Shown here: piece after piece, positions 1-6,565 of the stretch
Position numbering within the stretch: the stretch's first letter is position 1
Layout: each line of letters begins with the position of its first letter
Assembly: GCA_022573485.1 (NCBI GenBank)
Contig: JACZTW010000001.1
Location: 1-41,252, forward strand
Direction: 5' to 3'
DNA from: Planctomycetota bacterium
Lineage (GTDB): Bacteria; Planctomycetota; Phycisphaerae; UBA1845; CAIVHJ01
DNA length: 41,252 bases
Made by a program: the position numbers and the translations under genes
Notes under the pieces: model-generated
What the model saw: only the letters and a program-made list of their open reading frames with translations
What the model was told of the DNA's origin: nothing
Databases searched by the model: none

Positions 1-38
1 ATCACGCCTTCTTCATACCTGTTTTCGATCCAACTCAT
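1..38 (-). CDS. nuoB: Probable N-terminal 12 codons of NADH-quinone oxidoreductase subunit B; the gene runs off the window
   Basis: The reverse complement of 1-38 reads ATG AGT TGG ATC GAA AAC AGG TAT GAA GAA GGC GTG AT (MSWIENRYEEGV...). It lies 72 nt downstream of nuoA on the same strand, the position where nuoB normally follows nuoA. Only position and a very short peptide support this call. Confidence 0.3.
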   Translation of the reverse strand, partial: MSWIENRYEEGV

Positions 39-109
39 CGCGTCACCGCAATCATCCAAGGAGCCGCAGGCTTCAGCCTGCGCGAACGCCCATAAAGTGA
101 GAAGCCCGA

Positions 110-592
110 CTAGCTCATCCTCCGAGCCACTTCCGACAGTTTGGTCGGTTCGAAATCCTCTTCGCGGCGCTGGCCCGTGCTGGCCCGCACCCAGTCCAAA
201 TAGTCAAACTTCCACAGATACAAAAAGCCGACCACCACCACGCCGAAGAAGAACAGCATGTCATACAAGGCCGGCAGTCCGGCTTCTTTGAAAACCACCG
301 CCCACGGGTAAAACAGCACAATCTCGACATCGAACACGATGAAGACCAGCGCGACCACATAGAAGCGCAGGTCGAACTGCACCCAGCTCGTGCCGATGGC
401 CGGCTCGCCGCATTCGTACGGGGCGTCCTTCTCAGGATGGGCAACTTTCGGACGCAGCAGCTTGCCGGCGACCAGCACGGCGAAGGCCATCAGGAAGCCC
501 ACAACCAGAAAGAGCACCACGCCGACGACGAACTCGACGCTGGTGTCGCCTCGAACCGAATCAGGCAGCGATTGAGCTAATAGCATATACAT
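110..592 (-). CDS. nuoA: NADH-quinone oxidoreductase subunit A (ND3 family)
   Basis: 160-aa ORF with three hydrophobic helices. It carries the typical NuoA/ND3 core ...PYECGEP...FDLRFYVVALVFIVFDVEIVLFYPWAV... and ends in TAG. Confidence 0.9.
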   Translation of the reverse strand: MYMLLAQSLPDSVRGDTSVEFVVGVVLFLVVGFLMAFAVLVAGKLLRPKVAHPEKDAPYECGEPAIGTSWVQFDLRFYVVALVFIVFDVEIVLFYPWAVVFKEAGLPALYDMLFFFGVVVVGFLYLWKFDYLDWVRASTGQRREEDFEPTKLSEVARRMS

Positions 593-621
593 AACTTGTA
601 ATCCACCCGCTATGCTGTGGG

Positions 622-1296
622 CTATGCCGTAGGCGATGTCTTCGCGGCGGCCTTTTCCTTATCCTTGGCCGACTGCGACGGCGATAGCGCTTTGATCATT
701 TCCTCTTTCAATGGCTCGCCGCGATCGACCCAGTCCTGCTTCACTTCCGCAGCCCATTCAGGCAGCTTGTCTTTCTGTAGCCACAACGGCTGGGGCGTTT
801 GCAGGCCCTCTTTGGCCAGATCGGTGAATTCCACGGTCATGCTCTCACGATCATAACTCGACATGTCGTGCAGGTTTCCCATATGAATGCAATCCGTTGG
901 ACACGGCGGCACGCACAGTGCGCAGAACATACATTTTGAATAGTCAATCGCATAGCGCAGCATCGCCCCGCCGACGGCGATGCCGGTTTCCTTGTCAATC
1001 TTGCGCGGGCCGGATTTCTCGATGTAAATGCAATCCACCGGGCAGGCTTTGGCGCACATGTCACAAGCGATGCACTTCTCGATCTCGAAATAGTGAAATC
1101 CGCGAAAGCGCTTCTGCAACACCGGCGCCACGTCCGGATATTGCACGGTGATCGGCTTGGCGTACGCGTACTTCAGCGTGATGCGCATGCCGATGATGAC
1201 GGTCCGCAGGGCTTGATAGATGTTGCGGAAGTATGCACGCATGGAAACATGAACCGGCAGACCGGTCTCCAGGAGGTCGGACGCGATCCGAGCCAC
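622..1296 (-). CDS. nuoI: NuoI-like 2x[4Fe-4S] ferredoxin subunit of complex I, with a Lys/Glu-rich C-terminal extension
   Basis: Has ...RFRGFHYFEIEKCIACDMCAKACPVDCIYIE... and ...YSKCMFCALCVPPCPTDCIHMG..., two CxxCxxCxxxCP motifs with NuoI-type spacing. It sits 29 nt upstream of nuoA. An alternative start at the internal Met (MRAYFRN, about 1242) is possible. Confidence 0.8.
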   Translation of the reverse strand: MARIASDLLETGLPVHVSMRAYFRNIYQALRTVIIGMRITLKYAYAKPITVQYPDVAPVLQKRFRGFHYFEIEKCIACDMCAKACPVDCIYIEKSGPRKIDKETGIAVGGAMLRYAIDYSKCMFCALCVPPCPTDCIHMGNLHDMSSYDRESMTVEFTDLAKEGLQTPQPLWLQKDKLPEWAAEVKQDWVDRGEPLKEEMIKALSPSQSAKDKEKAAAKTSPTA

Positions 1297-1432
1297 CCTG
1301 ACGACCCGACTCGTTAGGTTTAGCGGCAGGCCGACCCTCCGATCGTGACCGAAACGCAGACCGCCGCGCGAATTAACTTCTTTGAGCCCTGCACTTTACG
1401 GGCTCCACAATTCCGCAGCATTGTAGTGACAC

Positions 1433-1459
1433 CCGGCAACGAGTTCAACGCGTTGCCGG
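1433..1459. promoter_or_regulatory. Perfect 9-bp inverted repeat (CCGGCAACG-n9-CGTTGCCGG) in the divergent nuoI/tal intergenic region
   Basis: Read directly: CCGGCAACG at 1433-1441 and CGTTGCCGG at 1451-1459. It could be an operator or an RNA hairpin. Function is unknown. Confidence 0.25.
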
Positions 1460-1642
1460 CATGAAACCGAGAGACCGAAAGGCCGTGCGTCAGCCCGGTT
1501 GCGAACAGCCCGCGCGGGAATCTCACAAGCCCGCCGTCCGCCTCCACCGCCCGGCCCTTGGCCGCTCACCAATTCGTGGTAGGATGCAGCCATCCACGAG
1601 CGGACGAATTGCCATATTTTCAAGAAAAGAGGGCCGCAAGAC

Positions 1643-2287
1643 ATGAAGTTCTTCGTCGACACCGCCAACGTCGATCAAATCAAGGCCGCCCACGACATGG
1701 GCCTGCTCGACGGCGTGACCACCAATCCGTCGCTCGTGGCCAAGGAGGGTAAGGAGTTCAAGTCCCTGATCGGCGAAATCTGCGGCATCACCTCCGGGCC
1801 GGTTTCGGCTGAGGTGCTCAGCACCGAGTGCGGCGCCATGGTCGAAGAAGCCAAGGAGCTGATCAAGATCGCGCCGAACGTCACCGTCAAGCTGCCGATC
1901 ATCACCGAAGGCATCAAAGCCCTGAAAATCTGCGTGGCTGAGGGCATGGACGTCAACATGACGCTCTGCTTCCAGCCGATCCAGGCCCTGATCGTCGCCA
2001 AGGTCGGCGCCGCTTGTTGCAGCCCGTTCTTGGGCCGGCTGGACGATATTGGCGAGGACGGCATGGAATTGGTCCGCGACATCCGCGAGATATACGACAA
2101 CTACGGCTTCACTACTCAGTTACTCGCCGCCAGCCTGCGTCACCCCAACCACGTCCTCGAAGCCGCCCTCGCCGGCGCCGACATCGGCACCATGCCCTAC
2201 TCCGTTTTCGAAAAACTCTGGAAACACCCCCTGACCGACATCGGCCTCAAGCGTTTCCTCGCCGATTGGAAGAAAACCCAGAAGTGA
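1643..2287 (+). CDS. tal: Transaldolase, short (type 3B) / fructose-6-phosphate aldolase family
   Basis: 214-aa protein beginning MKFFVDTANVDQIKAAHDMGLLDGVTTNPSLVAKEG..., with the Schiff-base lysine context NVTVKLPIT. Its length is typical of the short Tal/FSA family. A purine-rich stretch (AGAGGG) precedes the ATG. Confidence 0.92.
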   Translation: MKFFVDTANVDQIKAAHDMGLLDGVTTNPSLVAKEGKEFKSLIGEICGITSGPVSAEVLSTECGAMVEEAKELIKIAPNVTVKLPIITEGIKALKICVAEGMDVNMTLCFQPIQALIVAKVGAACCSPFLGRLDDIGEDGMELVRDIREIYDNYGFTTQLLAASLRHPNHVLEAALAGADIGTMPYSVFEKLWKHPLTDIGLKRFLADWKKTQK

Positions 2288-2317
2288 ACCCGCCCCAATA
2301 AACCCCACGCTATATAG

Positions 2318-2335
2318 CACCGGGCACGCCCGGTG
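2318..2335 (+). terminator. Weak hairpin downstream of tal (7-bp GC stem, 4-nt loop, short T-containing tail)
   Basis: CACCGGG-CACG-CCCGGTG followed by TTGACTTTG, about 30 nt after the tal stop codon. Confidence 0.35.
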
Positions 2336-2730
2336 TTGACTTTGAGAGCATTCCTGACCCCTTTAATCCTGACCGCTTTAACCCCCTTTTGCCCACATGC
2401 GAAGCTGACGCACACCGCCCGACATCGCGGTCGCCGAGAGGGTGGAGGCAGTAAGTCAATGCGGCGGTCGAGGTTGCGATGACAATGGAGCGTCGGTTTC
2501 GCGAGTTGCACCAAGGAGGTTCTGACGTCTCCCATGAGACCGCTGTAATCTTGGCGCGATGGCTGGAAAACCTCGGACTCGATCAGTAGGATAATCGCTT
2601 CCTCTGGAGGTCGCGGGGCGCGGGGTGCCGACCAGGTAATCCCTTTTTGCAGTCGCCGGGACTGTCAAGAGGTTGAAGTGCGGCGTGCCGGCCGTGTGGG
2701 TGGGCGGGCCAGCCAAACGGAGGTGTGGCG

Positions 2731-3384
2731 ATGCAGCGTTTCGTTCTGCCGTACTTGTTCGCGCTTGGCGTGTCGTGCTGGATTGTCGATGCACAGGCAT
2801 TGGCGGGTAGCTTCACGGTCGGCGGCTCGGTGTACACGGACCTCGACGATCCTCTGACCAGCGGCCTGACGGGTATCAACGTCTGCGTCGCGTGCATTGG
2901 CGGTTTCGTCGGTTGTGATGTCACCGGCGGATCGTGGGGTGGCTGGGACGTATCCGGTGTCCCCGCCGGTTCGTGTACGGTGACGCTGACGCTGCCCGGG
3001 TGGTGTTTCAGTCGCGTCGAGGGAGGCGAGATCGGCCTTCCCGCGCCGATAGCAATTGCCGTGGATGAGGCTCACCAGGCCCAGAACCTCAGCCTTCAGT
3101 TTTTGAGCACGACCGGTGCAAGTTATTGCTGTGTCGCAAGTGAAGATTGTGATGACGGCGAAGCATGTACGGATGATGAGTGTTTCAACGGTGTGTGTGC
3201 GAGCACGCCAAGCGACTGCGCAGCGGACTTCGACTGTGACGGCGTCGTCGGCGCGTCTGACCTGGCCTCGTTGCTGGGCAGTTGGGGGCTGTGTCCCGAA
3301 TGTGAAGCCGATTTTGATGACGACGGCGAGGTCGGGGCTTTCGACCTTGCGAGCCTGCTAGAGTCGTGGGGACGGTGCCCGTAG
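2731..3384 (+). CDS. Secreted protein with two C-terminal dockerin/EF-hand-like repeats and a Cys-rich linker
   Basis: Signal peptide MQRFVLPYLFALGVSCWIVDAQA. Tandem repeats DFDCDGVVGASDLASLLGSWGLCPEC and DFDDDGEVGAFDLASLLESWGRCP. GGAGG lies 7 nt upstream of the ATG at 2731; the track's GTG at 2725 is less likely. Confidence 0.75.
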   Translation: MQRFVLPYLFALGVSCWIVDAQALAGSFTVGGSVYTDLDDPLTSGLTGINVCVACIGGFVGCDVTGGSWGGWDVSGVPAGSCTVTLTLPGWCFSRVEGGEIGLPAPIAIAVDEAHQAQNLSLQFLSTTGASYCCVASEDCDDGEACTDDECFNGVCASTPSDCAADFDCDGVVGASDLASLLGSWGLCPECEADFDDDGEVGAFDLASLLESWGRCP

Positions 3385-3486
3385 GGCGGGGTCATGTGGC
3401 GGGAGACGAGCTGTCGCGCCTGCCAGGGCCGAAGATCATTTCGATGAATCTGTCGAGTATTCGAGGGCGGGAACGCTGATCGCCGG

Positions 3487-4548
3487 TCAGTTGCTCTCGG
3501 CCAGCCGCTGGCGAATGTAATCGGCGCGAAACACGCTTCGTTCCTCACCGTCCAATCGCATCCCGCGGATCTTTTGCAGATGAGCAGGCTGGGCCTTGAT
3601 GAAGAGATCGTTGATGGTCTGCAATGGGATGGTTTCGAGCCGGCCCAAGTGTATCCCCATGCGTAAGTGGGACAAGAGGTAAAGCGTTTCTTCGGTGCTC
3701 AGGGTGCGGGCGTTTTCCAGTGTGCCGTAGGCCCTCCAGATCTTGTCGTCGAGGGCGGTGGGACGGTCCTTCAGGAGCGCCTGTCGCGCCATCCTCTCGT
3801 AATCAACTATTTTCGGGATCACGATGCTGCAGAACTCAGCAATAATGTCCTTTTCGCTCTTGCCCAGCGTGGTTTGATTGGAAATCTGATAGAAATCGCC
3901 TGTGGCTTCGGTCCCTTCTCCGTGCAGACCGCGGACGGCGAGGCGCATGTTCTTGGCGGCGCGCGAGACTTTTTCCAGCTCGCCGGCGAGCTTCAGCGCA
4001 GGCAAGTGCAGCATGACGGAGACACGAATTCCCGTGCCCACATTCGTGGGGCAGGCGGTCAAGAAGCCGTATTGTTCGTGAAACGCGAAGTCGAGTTGCT
4101 GCTGGAGGATATCATCGAGTTTGTCGATTCGCTCCCACAGTTGCTCCAGCCGGAATCCGCTGCCGAGAACCTGGATGCGCAGGTGATCTTCCTCGTTGAC
4201 CATCAGCGCGAGGGTCTCTTTGTCGCTGACGGCGACGCCGCGACTGCCTTCTCCTTCCGCGTGTTGACGGCTGATGAGGTGTCGCTCGACGAGCACTTGG
4301 CGATCAAGCTCCGGCGCCTCCTCGATGTCCACAAAGAGGATGCGGCAGCCTAAGTCGGTGTGCATCACTCGATCGTAGAGCAAACGATAGATTTCGTTTC
4401 GCTGGCCGGTGTCGGACTTGGTCAGGAACGGAAAACCGGCCAGATTGCGCGCCAGACGAATCCGCGAGGAAATGACGATGTCATTCATCGGCCCCGTGCC
4501 GCTGAGCCAGGTGCCTGTTCGTTTAGCGATGTCGTCGATCATTTTCAT
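3487..4548 (-). CDS. mcsB: Protein-arginine kinase (ATP:guanido phosphotransferase family)
   Basis: 353 aa with an N-terminus typical of McsB, ...ISSRIRLARNLAGFPF..., and the guanido-kinase core ...LTACPTNVGTGIRVSVMLHLPAL... Its ATG overlaps the mcsA stop (ATGA, 4545-4548). Confidence 0.88.
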   Translation of the reverse strand: MKMIDDIAKRTGTWLSGTGPMNDIVISSRIRLARNLAGFPFLTKSDTGQRNEIYRLLYDRVMHTDLGCRILFVDIEEAPELDRQVLVERHLISRQHAEGEGSRGVAVSDKETLALMVNEEDHLRIQVLGSGFRLEQLWERIDKLDDILQQQLDFAFHEQYGFLTACPTNVGTGIRVSVMLHLPALKLAGELEKVSRAAKNMRLAVRGLHGEGTEATGDFYQISNQTTLGKSEKDIIAEFCSIVIPKIVDYERMARQALLKDRPTALDDKIWRAYGTLENARTLSTEETLYLLSHLRMGIHLGRLETIPLQTINDLFIKAQPAHLQKIRGMRLDGEERSVFRADYIRQRLAESN

Positions 4549-5036
4549 GAAGGCCCCAGTTTCTCGATTTCGTCGCGCAACCGCGCCGCCTTCTCATACT
4601 CCTCTTCCTGGATCGCCTGCTTCAGCTCGCGCTCCAAACGGGCGACGGTTTGTCGCGCCCGGACGTGTTCGCCGGCACGGACGGGGATCTTGCCAACATG
4701 CTGGACGTTGTCTTCGTGAGAACGTTCGATCAACGGTTCGAGGGCTTTCTTGAACGCATCGTAGTCATGGGGGCATCCCAGCAAGCCGTGCCTGCGGAAC
4801 TCGACGAAGCTCAGGCCGCAATGGTCGCAGGTCAAGTCGGCCAACTGCTGGACCATGGACTTGTGCATGACAAACTTCTGCAACATTTCGTTGAGCTGGG
4901 CCTTGGGCTTCATGATCACGCCTTCTTCCTCGGCACATTCGCTGCAGAGGTGGCGTTCTTGTTTCTCGCCGCCCATCAAATCAGTCAAATGCACCGTGGC
5001 CATGGCTTTGTTGCAGACTTGGCAGGTGATGTTCAT
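4545..5036 (-). CDS. mcsA: McsA-like activator: two zinc-finger motifs plus a UVR (UvrB/UvrC) motif
   Basis: MNITCQVCNKAMATVHLTDLMGGEKQERHLCSECAEE resembles the McsA N-terminus. A second Cys/His motif is CDHCGLSF...GCPHDY. The C-terminal UVR motif is ...LKQAIQEEEYEKAARLRDEIEKL. I chose the start at the Met preceding the first zinc finger; the track ORF extends to 5096. Confidence 0.8.
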   Translation of the reverse strand: MNITCQVCNKAMATVHLTDLMGGEKQERHLCSECAEEEGVIMKPKAQLNEMLQKFVMHKSMVQQLADLTCDHCGLSFVEFRRHGLLGCPHDYDAFKKALEPLIERSHEDNVQHVGKIPVRAGEHVRARQTVARLERELKQAIQEEEYEKAARLRDEIEKLGPS

Positions 5037-5134
5037 CGGCTGCGTCCCGTAAGATACCCTTACAAGTATGTTAGGATACATAGAGCCTATCGTCAATCGT
5101 CGGCGTGGGGACGACCGATTTGGGATGATCGGGG

Positions 5135-5536
5135 TTATTCTCTCCTGAGATTTGAGGCCGTTGTACCGGCCGGCCTCGAGAATATGGCGGAACAGCCAGG
5201 GGCCTCCACCACGGCGACACCGGCGAGTTCCGGACCGTGCCAGTCGAGGCGGTCCAGCGCTTCGAAGACTCGCTGCGCCACGGCCTCCGCCGAGGGTGGC
5301 ATTCCGGCAAGGAAAGAGTGTTCATTCAAATTCGCGCCGGTGAGCGGATCGAGGATGCGGTCCATCTCCTGCCGGACGAAACAAAAATCGACCAAGAACC
5401 CGTCCTTGCCGAGTTTGAGCCCGCGCAAGATCACAGTCACCCGCCAGTCGTGCTCGTGCAGCGGTTCCATGGCGCCGTCCGGCATTCGGACGGCGTGCGC
5501 GGCTCGGACAGTTCTCTCGACTCGAACTTCAAACAT
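5135..5536 (-). CDS. 6-pyruvoyl-tetrahydropterin synthase / QueD-family protein
   Basis: MFEVRVERTVRAAHAV...PLHEHDWRVTVILRG...GFLVDFCFVRQEMDRILDPLTGANLNE... follows the PTPS/QueD pattern, with the usual HGH replaced by HEH. The start is trimmed to the Met at 5536; the upstream part of the track ORF looks non-coding. Confidence 0.75.
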   Translation of the reverse strand: MFEVRVERTVRAAHAVRMPDGAMEPLHEHDWRVTVILRGLKLGKDGFLVDFCFVRQEMDRILDPLTGANLNEHSFLAGMPPSAEAVAQRVFEALDRLDWHGPELAGVAVVEAPGCSAIFSRPAGTTASNLRRE

Positions 5537-5633
5537 CTGCCGCTGCCCATTATCATCCTTTATGCCAGCGTGCCAAGTCCCGTGGTATCGTGGGTTCCGA
5601 TGCGAGGGCACAATCGCTACACTACTCAATACT

Positions 5634-6404
5634 ATGCGTGTCACAAAACAGCGTGCTCCCAGCCTGTTGAAGGCCCTCGGCAGGGCGCGCTTTCCCGATG
5701 CGCTTGACCTCCCGGCCGGCAAGTATCGGTTGGTGCGCGTCTTCAAGCACGATTTCTTCGCCGCCACCGGGTTGTTTCAGAGCGATGACGGTCGACAGGC
5801 CGTTTTGAAGATCGGACGGACGTCCGATGTGATGGGTCTGCCGGGGCGCTGGATCGGGCGCTATCTGGCCCGGCGCGAAGCCCGCATCTATCGAGCACTC
5901 GCCGATCTCGAAGCCGTGCCCGATTTTCTGGGGATGTGGCACGACTGTGGTTTCGTGCACGAGTTCGTGCCCGGCCACGAGCTACAAAAGGGCGAGGCAG
6001 TTGGGGACGAGTTTTTCGATCGCCTGGATGCACTCATCGGCTCGATCCACGAGCGCGCGATGGCCTATGTCGATCTTGAGAAATGTGAAAACATCATCGT
6101 CGGTGATGATGGTTTGCCCCATTTGATCGACTTTCAAATCTCCTGGCATGTGCCCGGTTGGTGGGGTTCGCGGTTTCCTCCGAGCGTTTGGCTCCGCGGG
6201 CTGTTTCAGGAAATGGACCGCTATCACTTGCTCAAACACCGCCGCCGGAACCGGCCCGACCAACTGGCCCCTGAACAATTGGATGAGTCCTTCAATCTTC
6301 CGGGCTACATCCGGCTGCATCGTGCCCTGACCCGGCCTCTTCAGATCGTTCGGCGGGGGCTGCTTCGCAGGCTCGATCCAGAGTACGCGGCGGCCCGCCG
6401 ATGA
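5634..6404 (+). CDS. Atypical protein-kinase-like fold protein (RIO / Kdo-WaaP lipopolysaccharide-kinase-like)
   Basis: Only the last 256 aa of the 584-aa track ORF look coding. They show a catalytic-loop-like YVDLEKCENIIV, a DFG-like LIDFQIS and a conserved Lys context AVLKIG. The upstream part of the ORF is antisense to mcsA and the QueD-like gene. Confidence 0.55.
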   Translation: MRVTKQRAPSLLKALGRARFPDALDLPAGKYRLVRVFKHDFFAATGLFQSDDGRQAVLKIGRTSDVMGLPGRWIGRYLARREARIYRALADLEAVPDFLGMWHDCGFVHEFVPGHELQKGEAVGDEFFDRLDALIGSIHERAMAYVDLEKCENIIVGDDGLPHLIDFQISWHVPGWWGSRFPPSVWLRGLFQEMDRYHLLKHRRRNRPDQLAPEQLDESFNLPGYIRLHRALTRPLQIVRRGLLRRLDPEYAAARR

Positions 6405-6565
6405 AACAGGGCGCGCCTCGGCCCCGCCGAAGTTCGCGCCGATTGCTCAACAGGCGCGTGGTGTGGCACCCCTTGGCAATAGCGGCTGTTGGCCTTAGAC
6501 TACTATTGCACCCGCTTCGAATCCGAGTCTGTGGAATTCATTGTGCCTGATCCCGAGGAGCGAAC

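Noticed and set aside
2485-2589. A 34-codon ORF (MERRFRELHQGGSDVSHETAVILARWLENLGLDQ) in the 437-bp gap between tal and the dockerin-type gene.
   Set aside because: It has no ribosome-binding site upstream and no recognisable family. It is too short to separate from chance in GC-rich sequence. The long gap itself remains unexplained.
2288-2724. A possible riboswitch, sRNA, tRNA or other structured RNA in the long intergenic regions (also 1297-1642, 6405-6565, 10239-10652 and 12420-12688).
   Set aside because: I could not recognise any tRNA cloverleaf, rRNA segment or known riboswitch core by eye. Only simple hairpins and the repeat elements reported above were seen. A covariance-model scan would be needed to exclude them properly.
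4650-5633. The N-terminal 328 codons of the 584-aa plus-strand ORF 4650-6404.
   Set aside because: This part is antisense to mcsA and the QueD-like gene and reads as low-complexity sequence. Only the segment from the Met at 5634 onwards has kinase-like motifs.
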